From a virus (taxonomy: Duplodnaviria; Caudoviricetes): DNA of 60,726 nt. The translations under genes were made by a program, and so were the position numbers. Positions within the stretch are counted from its first letter, which is position 1. The number at the start of each line of letters is the position of its first letter. Under the pieces are notes generated by a model that saw only the letters and a list, made by a program, of their open reading frames with translations, made no database searches and had not been told where the DNA came from. The DNA lies in IMG/VR virus record IMGVR_UViG_3300033076_001100, positions 1 to 60,726 of that record; one strand, 5' to 3'. Shown here in pieces: positions 44,781 to 53,978 of this stretch.

Positions 44781-45692
44781 TTATTCTTCGTCGCCTCCAC
44801 CTTCACTGGATTCTTCTTCGGGAGCTTCCTCTTCGGGCTCGGGCGTTTCTTTCGACGCCTGCTCTTCGTTTCGGTTGCGCAAATACTCGCTCATGGCAAC
44901 CGTCTTGCCGGTGGCCGGATCGACCATGGTGCCGCCTGCCGCCTGACCGGGTTGACGGGTTACGTTGGTTCCAGTGCCATACTGGCTGGAGATCGTGCGG
45001 CGGAAATCGGCTGCCTGCATCGGACGAGTCTGCGGGGCAAACGGCACCGTGCTGGCGGGAGTGTCCAGTCCGCGAGCGCCGGAGGTGGTGACAGAGCGAC
45101 TGGTCTGCGCGTCACTCGCCATCTGGCGGAAGTTGGCAGGCGTATCTTCAGGGCTAACCCTTGTCGGCGGAGCGTACGGACCACTTGGTGGCGGAGGGGC
45201 GTTGTCGGGGGCACCGCTGGCGGGAGTGCGGGAGAAATCAGCGTTGCTGGCCTGAGACCCGGGGCGTGGGTTGCTCGGTCCATATGGGAGACCGAAAGGA
45301 TCGGTGTCTGCGCGAACAGGAGCAGCCCCAGAAGAGGGTGCGGGCGTCATGCTTCCGCCTGTAGGACGGGATGGCATGAGACCTTCTGGCTCAAGTTGTC
45401 CGTTTTTGTTGATTCTCTCGCCATGCCTTTTGGCGTCTGCGGCCAACCCCTCTGGCGTGTAGTCCGAGAAAGCGGGACTGGGGTAGCCCATAGGCATGTT
45501 TTTGCCTTGAGGAGAGTTGCGAGCGTAAAACTCTGAAAGTCCGGTGAATCCTTTGCCCGGCCCTTGGAGACGCGGATTGTACCCACTGCTATGCTTGGCA
45601 TTATCGTTACGCGTGTTGGAGCCGTAACGGGCGGCTCGGTAGTCTTGCATTGCTTGCTCTCGCATAGCTTGACGTTGATTGTAGGATGCCAT
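44781..45692 (-). CDS. Low-complexity Pro/Ser/Gly-rich protein with acidic tail
   Basis: 303 aa, likely disordered. Confidence 0.65.
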   Translation of the reverse strand: MASYNQRQAMREQAMQDYRAARYGSNTRNDNAKHSSGYNPRLQGPGKGFTGLSEFYARNSPQGKNMPMGYPSPAFSDYTPEGLAADAKRHGERINKNGQLEPEGLMPSRPTGGSMTPAPSSGAAPVRADTDPFGLPYGPSNPRPGSQASNADFSRTPASGAPDNAPPPPSGPYAPPTRVSPEDTPANFRQMASDAQTSRSVTTSGARGLDTPASTVPFAPQTRPMQAADFRRTISSQYGTGTNVTRQPGQAAGGTMVDPATGKTVAMSEYLRNRNEEQASKETPEPEEEAPEEESSEGGGDEE

Positions 45693-45704
45693 AGTCGTGT
45701 GAGG

Positions 45705-46271
45705 TTATCGAAATTTGGGGCCAACAAACCACGTCACCAGAGAATAGCGAGTGCCAAGTTTGACCGGGGTGACTCGGTGGCGGTTGAACGAGGGGAAGAA
45801 AATCGCGTCTCCCTGATTCTCAAAAGTGCCTGCGGGGAGCGGGTCGTTGGTCAATTCCAGTTTGCCTCCGGTGTAGGAGTCTTTGTCGGAGAGCTGAATC
45901 ACCATGCTCATCTTGCGGTCGAACGGGGTGTCCTTTTTCCAGCAGTTGTCTTCGTGCCATCCGTAGGTGCCGTCGTTGTCGGCGTTGTACTCGGTGAACT
46001 GGATCTCGTGAAACCCGGCCAAGTCAAATCCGAAGCCGTTGGCGTTGGCTTTCAGCCCCATCATCTCAATCCGGGCGACCAGCTCGGAGAGCACAGGATC
46101 GGCGCGGGAAAGCCACCTCACCTTGGACCGGCGGAGATGATCGTCCACCACGCTCTTTCCGCCGTGGCCGACAGTGGCGGTGACGGCGGGTTTGGTCAGA
46201 GCGTAGGCGACAAGTTCCTCGCACTCAGCTTTGCTGAGCGACCCGTTAAAAGATTGCCACCAGTGCTTCAT
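45705..46271 (-). CDS. 2OG-Fe(II) oxygenase (prolyl-hydroxylase/PKHD-like)
   Basis: RRSKV, YGWHED (HxD), RKMS, YTGG.L, FPSF..HRVTPV..GTRYSLVTW. Confidence 0.92.
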   Translation of the reverse strand: MKHWWQSFNGSLSKAECEELVAYALTKPAVTATVGHGGKSVVDDHLRRSKVRWLSRADPVLSELVARIEMMGLKANANGFGFDLAGFHEIQFTEYNADNDGTYGWHEDNCWKKDTPFDRKMSMVIQLSDKDSYTGGKLELTNDPLPAGTFENQGDAIFFPSFNRHRVTPVKLGTRYSLVTWFVGPKFR

Positions 46272-46273
46272 AA

Positions 46274-46984
46274 TCAAAATGCTTGGTTCCAGAAGTCGTT
46301 GGCCTTTTTCTTCTCGGCCTCGGATTTTTCTGGCATGAACCATTCAGGATATTCCGCCTGAATGCCAACACAAAGTTCATGTTTTCCGTCACCTGAAGGG
46401 AACCTCAGAATCTGAGGGCCGACGGCAGCGAGGAACTTGCTGGGGATCTCGTCATCCACATGGCGGATATGCATGAACAGGGGCCGGGAAGCCTCCATGC
46501 ACGCAAAGGCATAGATGCCGAGAGGGGTTTTCACCACGCTGTCCTTGGGCCCGGGCGGACCCGTAGGACCGTCGGGTCCAGTGGGCCCGATAGGTCCTGG
46601 ATCGCCTGGAGGGCCAGCTCCTCCTGCCGGACCTTCAGGGCCAGTTAGTCCTGTCGGTCCGGTTGGCCCCGGAGGACCAGGTGGTCCGGGGGGTCCGCCG
46701 GGATCACCAGGCGGCCCCGGCGGTCCGGGGTCTCCCGGGCCACCGGAAGAACCAGGAGATCCCGGCGGTCCAGGAGATCCCGTAGCTCCGGTAGGGCCGG
46801 TTGGCCCGGTTGGGCCGGGGATGGAGGAAAGCCTTTCCTGAGAGCTGCGGACGATGGGTTGCGGGATTGCGCGAAAAGCGTCGCCCGAGGGGGAATAATC
46901 TACGCCGACACCGTTGTAGCCCTGAGTCACCTTCTTCTTCAAGAAAGTGCTGTCTGGTAAAAACTCGCCGTTGCCAGTGATCAT
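46274..46984 (-). CDS. Collagen-like (Gly-X-Y) protein
   Basis: Long GPT/GPP/GDP tract with one interruption. Confidence 0.9.
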   Translation of the reverse strand: MITGNGEFLPDSTFLKKKVTQGYNGVGVDYSPSGDAFRAIPQPIVRSSQERLSSIPGPTGPTGPTGATGSPGPPGSPGSSGGPGDPGPPGPPGDPGGPPGPPGPPGPTGPTGLTGPEGPAGGAGPPGDPGPIGPTGPDGPTGPPGPKDSVVKTPLGIYAFACMEASRPLFMHIRHVDDEIPSKFLAAVGPQILRFPSGDGKHELCVGIQAEYPEWFMPEKSEAEKKKANDFWNQAF

Positions 46985-47838
46985 GTGTAAACGTCAGGTG
47001 GTCGAACCGGTGGGAAGTAGGTGACCCGCTCTCTCATCCAGAACCCGTCTGATGGTTCAACTCCATCGTCGTAAACGAACGGTGCCCAGTCGAGAAAATT
47101 CGTCTGAGGAATGAACTTGCGCTGCGGGTTGCGGCCCAGCGGGGAGGCAAGCACTCCGACACCGGGGACGATTCTCGCCGAAGGAACTTTTTCGGTGATC
47201 ACGATGTCCGGGTGGAGGCACTCTTGAAAGTTGAACTCCAGTCCGACCCAGCTCCCATGCACACCCGTTGGGATCGGCTGGCGGTGGATGATGCTGGCTT
47301 TGGGCCACTCGGTGGGGGACAAGAACTGCTCCACCATGACCACGGTGCTGACTGACGCGGGCGGTCTATAGGTGTAGCGGGGGAAGTAGCTGGGCTGGGT
47401 TTGCGTGCTGCTGCCGTTATAGACAGCCTGCTCAAACTGCGTGGTTTCCACCACATACAGGTCTTCCAAGACGGCGGGCCATGTGTAGCGCCGGGTGGTG
47501 AAGAACGTGCGGAAAGGCTCGTTGTTCTTCTGGTAGTCGCTCTTGGGCGCTCCGTACTTGAACCAGAGGAAGTCCCCTTCACGCTGGATGTTGAGAAGCT
47601 GGTAGTCTTGAAACCCCTCAAGTTGGATTCTAGGTTTGACCGAGAGGAATGAGCTTTCTTTGTAGGGGGTCCCAAGCTGAGGTACCGTTGTCGGCTGGAA
47701 CGTAGCGCAGGTCTCTTTGACGCGAAAGCACAGTTCCCTCGGGCTGGGGGTTGGCAACGTTTCAAAGTAGCCACCCTGATCCGGCTTGGACCGCGTGGCC
47801 GCTGCTTTTGGTATCTGTGATGGCTTGAACGTGGACAT
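46981..47838 (-). CDS. Putative structural protein
   Basis: 285 aa, coupled within the late operon. Confidence 0.55.
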   Translation of the reverse strand: MSTFKPSQIPKAAATRSKPDQGGYFETLPTPSPRELCFRVKETCATFQPTTVPQLGTPYKESSFLSVKPRIQLEGFQDYQLLNIQREGDFLWFKYGAPKSDYQKNNEPFRTFFTTRRYTWPAVLEDLYVVETTQFEQAVYNGSSTQTQPSYFPRYTYRPPASVSTVVMVEQFLSPTEWPKASIIHRQPIPTGVHGSWVGLEFNFQECLHPDIVITEKVPSARIVPGVGVLASPLGRNPQRKFIPQTNFLDWAPFVYDDGVEPSDGFWMRERVTYFPPVRPPDVYT

Positions 47839-48299
47839 CAGACGGTGGGGTCAGTGTTCGGGGCGGTGTTGGAGATGATGTCTCCACGGCGGAACTCGGC
47901 ATAGGAGTACTGCGGATTTCCGGCAGAAACACCGAAGTCGAATTTCCAGAATGTGTACTGCTGGTCCCCCTGACGTGGGGGTTCGTGAGAAACATCGTCT
48001 GGCTCGACCGTGCCTAGTGTGCCGGTGAAACCCACGGCCTGATTGGTGGTCGGGCCGGTTGGTTCCAGAACAAAGTCCGGGTTGCTGACGGTGATTCCCG
48101 TGTTTGAAGCTGTCTCAACAAACTGTCTTGGAAGCCCTAATTGCGTGGCAACGGCGTACGACAAAGTCGTGTTGACCGCCGGGATGTCGCGGTAGGGCTC
48201 ACCTTTCCCCGTCATATTGACGAAAACGGGGTCGGAGACGACGCCCGTGTATCGAGCATACGTCCCATCGAGACGGATCAGGTAAAGGTTCATGGCCAT
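47838..48299 (-). CDS. Putative structural protein
   Basis: 153 aa, Thr/Pro-rich. Confidence 0.55.
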   Translation of the reverse strand: MAMNLYLIRLDGTYARYTGVVSDPVFVNMTGKGEPYRDIPAVNTTLSYAVATQLGLPRQFVETASNTGITVSNPDFVLEPTGPTTNQAVGFTGTLGTVEPDDVSHEPPRQGDQQYTFWKFDFGVSAGNPQYSYAEFRRGDIISNTAPNTDPTV

Positions 48300-48335
48300 A
48301 GTCGTGATCTATATTACTTGGTGAAACGGATGCGG

Positions 48336-48884
48336 CTACGAATTTAGCAGGATTTTCATGAGCGCGGCACATCCGACTTGCTTGCTCACTGCCGCAGGGT
48401 CATACCGACCATCTGCAACATATTTGCCTTTGCTGTACTGATCGGTGAAGCTCCACAGGTAGGGGGAGGGTACACCGCGACGACGGTAGCCTGTGCCATT
48501 GTAGTTCTCGAATGCCACCAAGGCGTTACCCGGAGACCAGTCGGTCACTTTGTCAAGCTTGTCGTACACCAGTGCGTCCACCGCGCTGACTTCCCATGTG
48601 AAAGGTGGTTTGCCTGTCACTGGTCTGCCTTTGGGAACCTGCACCGTACGTGCACTTAGCGGGTCTCCATTGTGGAGATGCTGCTTGAAGCTCAGGCCGC
48701 ACTCCATAGAATGAAGCACACCGATAGCCCACCACGGGATGGTGGGGAGCTTTGCGGCAACGGCTTCATAGCGGCTCCGGTTTCGCTGGATTTGTGTTGC
48801 CTCACTTTTTACTTCGTCGGCATGCTCAGGTCGGATGACGCAGCAGGCGAATTGTTTGGCGTAGGTGTCAGACAGAACGCTCAT
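48336..48884 (-). CDS. Endolysin (lysozyme-like family)
   Basis: HSMECGLSF..HLHNGDPL..T..VP.GRP; YNG.GY; SPYLWS; GKYVADG. Confidence 0.85.
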   Translation of the reverse strand: MSVLSDTYAKQFACCVIRPEHADEVKSEATQIQRNRSRYEAVAAKLPTIPWWAIGVLHSMECGLSFKQHLHNGDPLSARTVQVPKGRPVTGKPPFTWEVSAVDALVYDKLDKVTDWSPGNALVAFENYNGTGYRRRGVPSPYLWSFTDQYSKGKYVADGRYDPAAVSKQVGCAALMKILLNS

Positions 48885-48887
48885 GAT

Positions 48888-49058
48888 TCAACGGTGGGGG
48901 TTGTAGCTCGGGTTTCCGGTTGCACCTTTCATGTTCTCCGCATTGAAAGCGTCTCCGGCACGTGCGTTGGTTTCCTGATAGAAACCGATCGCAAAAAGCG
49001 CCGTCTTACAGGTGTCGCAGGAAGTCAGAATGAAAACCATGGCGAGCAGCGGTTTCAT
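48888..49058 (-). CDS. Small lipoprotein (56 aa), spanin-like position
   Basis: MKPLLAMVFILTSC lipobox; not in ORF track. Confidence 0.55.
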   Translation of the reverse strand: MKPLLAMVFILTSCDTCKTALFAIGFYQETNARAGDAFNAENMKGATGNPSYNPHR

Positions 49059-49306
49059 GGCTGAACGATAGCCGGGTTCTTAGCGGCTGCCGTGTGGTTT
49101 TTGATCACCTGCGCGGTCAAGCCAGAGACAGCGCCGACTTTGCCCCCTTGAGCGTAGCCGACGCCTGCGGCAGTTGCGTCTTTTAGGCCGTTGATGGCCA
49201 CGGTGTTGAGCTGCTGCTGTTGTTCGGGGGTGAGGTTGCCGCACGCGGAAACGCCGAACAGGGCATAAAGGACAAAGGCAAAGGTCAAGATGTAGTTGTG
49301 TTTCAT
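49055..49306 (-). CDS. Lipoprotein, spanin-like position
   Basis: Hydrophobic signal plus VSAC lipobox. Confidence 0.65.
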   Translation of the reverse strand: MKHNYILTFAFVLYALFGVSACGNLTPEQQQQLNTVAINGLKDATAAGVGYAQGGKVGAVSGLTAQVIKNHTAAAKNPAIVQP

Positions 49307-49788
49307 ACGGTTACTTTAGGTGTGGTTTCGGAAGCAGGAATCAGCAGAGGGGAGATGCCGAGATGCATCGGCGCGACTTCGGCGCTGGAGATGCGTTCAA
49401 GAAGGCGGACACCACTTTCAGCGATGGCCTTGTGGACCAGCTCAGAACAAAACCAGCGGTTGTTGTCTCGGGCTGGCAGTTTGTCCACGAACCGTAGAAC
49501 CCCTCTCCAGTCGTAGCTGCGACCAAGCTGGCGCTCGGCAAACTCAACGGCGGCTCCCCACATTTCCGGGGTCATGCCGCGCACGTCGTAGCTATCAATT
49601 CGGTTCCAGTCGGCTTCCGTAAGCTCCCTTTTGCGTACTCCGACGCCAGGGTAGCTCTCGATGCACGTTGAGGTGCCGGGGATCAGCAAAGCCGCATGGC
49701 TGTAGATGCTGCGGGACTGCCATTTGACGACCCATGAGATCCAGTCGCCACCTTTGAAGAGAAGGATTTTACCGTGATATTTCATCAA
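49303..49788 (-). CDS. Permuted papain-like NlpC/P60 (YiiX/YaeF-type) hydrolase
   Basis: YSHAAL before YDW and FCSELV (His precedes Cys). Confidence 0.85.
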   Translation of the reverse strand: MMKYHGKILLFKGGDWISWVVKWQSRSIYSHAALLIPGTSTCIESYPGVGVRKRELTEADWNRIDSYDVRGMTPEMWGAAVEFAERQLGRSYDWRGVLRFVDKLPARDNNRWFCSELVHKAIAESGVRLLERISSAEVAPMHLGISPLLIPASETTPKVTV

Positions 49789-50357
49789 TCAACGATGGTT
49801 GCGATTCCCATCCAGCCCAGAGTCACGTTGGAATCTGTGTCGTGGAGTCGGAAGGTTTGAGCGTGAACTTTGATGGGGACACCAGAAGCGGAAACCAAAC
49901 GGTAAGTCAGGTTGAACTCTCGACGGAATTTAATGCTGTTGTCCCACTCACGCATGACCATCTCACGATCTTCCTCGTGGACCATGCTGCGCCAGTTGTC
50001 CCCTAAAATCTCGTCGTCGTTTCGGGCCAGCATGCGCTGCATATAGGGGTTGATGTGGACAAAATGGCCGTCGGCGTCCGTCTGCCAGATCGGACGGTCG
50101 ATACACCTCCACGTCACACGAGACAGGGAGGTAGACAGCGCGATACCCGCCTGCATGTCGTTGAGCTTGGCGTCGATCTTGTTTATGCGGCCCGGTGCCC
50201 GAATGGAGTCGATGACAAACTTGGCGAAATTGAGAATGATCTTGCGTTTGATCCAACCCAGACCGGCCACCATGAAACCCCCGACCGTGGCCCAATCAGA
50301 AACAGACCAGTCCTTGGTGATTTCAGGAGATACGCTCATGAGGGGTGCGGAGTTCAT
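49785..50357 (-). CDS. Membrane-anchored PAS-domain protein in the lysis cassette
   Basis: N-terminal hydrophobic segment, coiled coil, IWQTDADG..INP..ILGDNWRSMVHEEDRE..YRL..G. Confidence 0.85.
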   Translation of the reverse strand: MNSAPLMSVSPEITKDWSVSDWATVGGFMVAGLGWIKRKIILNFAKFVIDSIRAPGRINKIDAKLNDMQAGIALSTSLSRVTWRCIDRPIWQTDADGHFVHINPYMQRMLARNDDEILGDNWRSMVHEEDREMVMREWDNSIKFRREFNLTYRLVSASGVPIKVHAQTFRLHDTDSNVTLGWMGIATIVD

Positions 50358-50521
50358 TTTTCATCGGGCTCTGGGGCCGTATCCTTCTCCGGTATTTCCT
50401 CGGGCAATTTTTCAAGAAGAGAAGAGATGATCTCACCTTGGCGTTTCACTAGCAACGGGTTGCCGCTGGTTTTGGCGGAAGCATAGGCTTCGATTTCGAG
50501 GATCAGGAGTTCACGTTTCAT
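50354..50521 (-). CDS. Small hypothetical protein (55 aa)
   Basis: MKRELLILEIEAYA..; ATGA overlaps both sides. Confidence 0.55.
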   Translation of the reverse strand: MKRELLILEIEAYASAKTSGNPLLVKRQGEIISSLLEKLPEEIPEKDTAPEPDEK

Positions 50522-50778
50522 GCGTTGGCGGCTAGGTAGTCCTGATTGATCTTGATCAGAGCTGCCTGCTTGTCCAGAGGAAGCGCACTGGCGGCATCAG
50601 TGATTTGCTGAGCCTGAGTAGACAGATCCGTAGAAATCTTGGCATTGATTTGGTTGACAATCACAAGTTCGACGAACTGCTCCGTTGTCAGAGAAGCCTT
50701 GGCTTGCGTATTGTAAGCAACAGTCAACGCCTGAAGTGCTGTCTGTTGCTGGGTCGTAAGGCTGTTGAGGATGTTCAT
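50518..50778 (-). CDS. Hypothetical protein (possible fibre chaperone)
   Basis: 86 aa Q/A-rich, follows fibre gene. Confidence 0.55.
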   Translation of the reverse strand: MNILNSLTTQQQTALQALTVAYNTQAKASLTTEQFVELVIVNQINAKISTDLSTQAQQITDAASALPLDKQAALIKINQDYLAANA

Positions 50779-50781
50779 GAT

Positions 50782-51828
50782 TTAAGGAACGATTGAGAGG
50801 AATCCGCCATCTGAATAGATGTCGCCACTGGAAAGTCCTGTGGAAGAAGTGGGGATACCAGCGATGTTTATCACTCCAGAGGCTTTGACGGTCAGACGGG
50901 GTGTAGCCGTGCCCGTGGTGGCGCTGGTGGCCAGAACGACCGCTCCGCCCGCCACACTGCCTGTGCCTCCAGCGATCGTCATGCTGGCTCCGGTTCCGGT
51001 GATAACATCGTGAGCTTTGAGAGCTTGCGCGGTAGGGGTCGTGGCGTCATTGACTCCGAGTTGCAAGGTGGCTGCCGCCGCCCGGCTAACTGTGAGGTCT
51101 ATCGTCCCGTACCAAACCGATGAATTCGACCATTGGAGGGATGTTGCTGAGCCGACAAATATACCATTGGTGGACACGTTGGCACTTTGATTAGCAGTTA
51201 CAAACTCACTTCCCGTCCATCTTCCAATGGCAAAAGAGCCGCGAACCGTAAAGCCATCGTCGTCGTAAATTGTGAGGTTGCTCCCGTACCCCCTGAGAAC
51301 CAAATTCTCGTTGCCCGACGATGGGGACGACACATAGCTGTAAATTTTCCCCGTTTTGCCTATTGTTACTCGGGAAGTCGCTCCCACTTGCAAATCCATC
51401 AGCAAGCTGCCGGAGGCACTCGCTGTATCTGTGAGGCTGAGTTTGATCGCAGTGGCTACGCCGCTGGTGTTCCACGTTCCCGCCAGATCGAACATGGCAG
51501 AGGTATCGCTGCCCGTCAGAGAGTACCCGCTGACAGCCAAAGCTCCGGTGTTAGTGCTACCGAGGGCAATGGTTTGCCTACCGGTGAAGGTGTTGGCAGC
51601 AAGAGAAGCTTTGGCATTCAGTGCGGTCTGAAGATCCGTCTGACTGCTGAGAGTGCCGGTGATCGCGCCCCACACTGCGCCGCCTCCTCCGCCCCCTCCC
51701 CCGTTGTTGGCGGCAGCGACGACTGCCTGCTTGAGCAGGGCGGGCATCACGTCACCGAGAGCATCCCCGCCGAGGAGGGCAAGGGCTGCGTTTTTCTGAG
51801 TAGTTCCGAAAAGAGAGGTCGTGTTCAT
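50782..51828 (-). CDS. Fibre protein (head or tail)
   Basis: WGAITGTLSSQTDLQTALNAK motif; G/S/T-rich; IPTSSTGLSSGDIYSDGG C-terminus. Confidence 0.75.
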   Translation of the reverse strand: MNTTSLFGTTQKNAALALLGGDALGDVMPALLKQAVVAAANNGGGGGGGGAVWGAITGTLSSQTDLQTALNAKASLAANTFTGRQTIALGSTNTGALAVSGYSLTGSDTSAMFDLAGTWNTSGVATAIKLSLTDTASASGSLLMDLQVGATSRVTIGKTGKIYSYVSSPSSGNENLVLRGYGSNLTIYDDDGFTVRGSFAIGRWTGSEFVTANQSANVSTNGIFVGSATSLQWSNSSVWYGTIDLTVSRAAAATLQLGVNDATTPTAQALKAHDVITGTGASMTIAGGTGSVAGGAVVLATSATTGTATPRLTVKASGVINIAGIPTSSTGLSSGDIYSDGGFLSIVP

Positions 51829-51953
51829 CGAATAGCGAGGACAATGACGAGCTGCTGAAGCAACTCAGTTGTGGTGGTGCCAAAGGCCGTCGCCCCCAAC
51901 AGGGCCAGCGCCTGGGCATCTTGCGAGAGACCGGTGTTGGAGGTGACGTTCAT
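51825..51953 (-). CDS. 42-aa protein resembling the fibre N-terminus
   Basis: QALALLGATAFG..LLQQLV vs AALALLGGDALG..LLKQAV. Confidence 0.55.
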   Translation of the reverse strand: MNVTSNTGLSQDAQALALLGATAFGTTTTELLQQLVIVLAIR

Positions 51954-51959
51954 GGCGGT

Positions 51960-52223
51960 TTAGTCCTGTTCTTCGAGATCGCGGCCAGTGGGGTTTCTCA
52001 TGGCACGGGAAAAAGCTTCGCCGTCCATCTCGGTGTCTTCGCCTTCGTCCTCCATCTCTTCCTCGTGAGCGGACTCATCCTTCTCGATGGGCTCGCCTTC
52101 GATGGCCTCGACTTCAAGACCGTGAGGGGTGAGGTGAACGGTGGCGGTGACTTCAAACGTTTCGCCTTCCTTGTGGGCGGACTTGTCGAAGCCCTTGGGC
52201 AGTGGGATCATGATCATTTTCAT
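51960..52223 (-). CDS. Small acidic protein
   Basis: 87 aa, E/D-rich. Confidence 0.6.
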   Translation of the reverse strand: MKMIMIPLPKGFDKSAHKEGETFEVTATVHLTPHGLEVEAIEGEPIEKDESAHEEEMEDEGEDTEMDGEAFSRAMRNPTGRDLEEQD

Positions 52224-52244
52224 CGGTCAAATGGGCTGGATGTT

Positions 52245-52283
52245 AAAAAGGCGGGAACCTGTGGATCTCACAAGCTCCCGCCT
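52245..52283 (-). terminator. Intrinsic terminator after major capsid gene
   Basis: AGGCGGGA..TCCCGCCT-TTTT on minus strand. Confidence 0.75.
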
Positions 52284-52312
52284 CGGATGTTTAGATCGTC
52301 AGCGGCCTGGGT

Positions 52313-53491
52313 TTAGTAGGCGGGGCAGACGGTGCCGGAGACGTTCGGGCAACGCTTGAAGCGGACCACGTAACCGTACTGAGTCTTGCGGGGCTTGTAG
52401 GCGGCGTAGAGACGGGCGGCGAAGAAGCCGATGTCGCTGAACGGATTGGTATCCTTGTTCGGGATGTTGAGCCAGACGACTTCGCCGTTGAAGCTGATGG
52501 CCTTGGCGCTGGAGCCACTGCCGAAGGAGGTGGCGGGCTTGGGCACCTGGCGGGTCATCACGTCCGGGCTGAAGATGTAGAGGTCTTCAAACTCGGCGGC
52601 CTCGTAGGCGGCACTGACGTTGGCGGCTTCGCCGATGGTGGTGGCCGTGTTGGAATAGAACGGACGGTTCACCCATGCACCGTCAACGAAGTCCCAGCGG
52701 GGCATACGTTGGTCGATGATGTGGTGGTAGCCGCCGTATTCACGGTCGATGCCCCAGCTCTGAAGCAGGACGGCGCCGTCGCTCTTGCCGCTGTCAGCCC
52801 AGCGGAAGTCGTTGCGGATGCTTTCGTCGCCCTTGATGATGGTACGATGCGCTTCCTGAGACAGAATGAGCGGCAGGATCGGAGCGCCCTGACGCTTGGC
52901 GTAGGCGGATTCGCGGCCTGCGCCGTCCTGAGTGGCGCGGTTGTAGAGGGCATCGAGCAGACCCTGGTTGATCGTGCTGGTGGCCACGGTGGCGGGCATC
53001 GTGGTGCCGTTGACGGTCTCGGTCAGGGAGGAGTTGAAGACGATCTTGTGACCGGCGTTTTGGGTGAAGAGTGCCTTGTCCTGAAGGTCCCATGTGTCCA
53101 CGATGTTCGCGACGAAGTTGTCGCGGATGGCGGCGAGCTGGTCCTTCGCATCGTAGGCTGCACGGAGGTCCGTGAAGCAGATGTCGTTGGAATACTGCGT
53201 GGTCTGGTAGGCCGAGTAGGTGAGCTGCGTCATCGCAGGGTTCACGATGGTCGGGGTCGGAACGCAGTTGTTGCCGGTGCCGTTGGGGGTGGAGACAGCG
53301 ACCCAGCCGCCACCGGTGCCGGTGGAACGGTTGACGATCACCGTGCTGAAGTTGAAGCCCATGCCATCAGGGAGAATGTCCTTGCGGAGCAGGGGGGAGA
53401 GACGACCTTCGACACGCATGATCTTGTCGATCTTGCCCTCGATACGGGAGGCGTCGGAAAGGAAATACTGGTCAAGTGCTGGAGCGGCCAT
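52313..53491 (-). CDS. Major capsid protein
   Basis: 392 aa, strongly biased codons, own promoter and terminator, downstream of portal and scaffold. Confidence 0.7.
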   Translation of the reverse strand: MAAPALDQYFLSDASRIEGKIDKIMRVEGRLSPLLRKDILPDGMGFNFSTVIVNRSTGTGGGWVAVSTPNGTGNNCVPTPTIVNPAMTQLTYSAYQTTQYSNDICFTDLRAAYDAKDQLAAIRDNFVANIVDTWDLQDKALFTQNAGHKIVFNSSLTETVNGTTMPATVATSTINQGLLDALYNRATQDGAGRESAYAKRQGAPILPLILSQEAHRTIIKGDESIRNDFRWADSGKSDGAVLLQSWGIDREYGGYHHIIDQRMPRWDFVDGAWVNRPFYSNTATTIGEAANVSAAYEAAEFEDLYIFSPDVMTRQVPKPATSFGSGSSAKAISFNGEVVWLNIPNKDTNPFSDIGFFAARLYAAYKPRKTQYGYVVRFKRCPNVSGTVCPAY

Positions 53492-53670
53492 ATACGTTGG
53501 AGTTGGGTGGGTTGTGTTAGCCCGCTCAACGCAACGAGGGTTCCCCTGTATGACTTGAGCAAGGCAAATGCTTTGCTGGTGTCAGGGGAGGTAGCCTGGC
53601 GTGATTACGCTCCAGATGGATTGAAATTGGCTGCGAAGGGAACAGCCGATTTATACACTTCAGTGTGACA

Positions 53671-53699
53671 AATTTATATACTCTGCCACCGGGTGTCAA
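53671..53699 (-). promoter_or_regulatory. Promoter for major capsid gene
   Basis: TTGACA followed 15-17 nt later by TATAAATT, with a T-rich upstream element. Confidence 0.6.
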
Positions 53700-53765
53700 C
53701 AAAAAAGTAAAACCCTTTTCACGCGGATTACGTGAAAAGGGTCAACAGTGCCGAGGTGGCAACGG

Positions 53766-53960
53766 TTACTTTTTCTTTGCCATGCCGCGCATCACTTCGG
53801 CAAAGCGTGCCCTCCACCCGAGCTTGCCGCCCTTGTGGGCAGCCTCTTCGAGCTTCTTGGCGGGGATGGGTTTGCCGGGCTTGGCACCCAGCTCTTTGCG
53901 AAGCGCACCTTTCTTGGAGGGGTGCACGGCGTCTTGAATCCATTTTTCTTTGTGTTCCAT
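53766..53960 (-). CDS. Small basic protein
   Basis: KWIQDAV..KGALRKELG..IPAKKL..RARFA motif recalled from phage genomes. Confidence 0.7.
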   Translation of the reverse strand: MEHKEKWIQDAVHPSKKGALRKELGAKPGKPIPAKKLEEAAHKGGKLGWRARFAEVMRGMAKKK

Positions 53961-53978
53961 GGTGGTGCTGTTTGAGGT

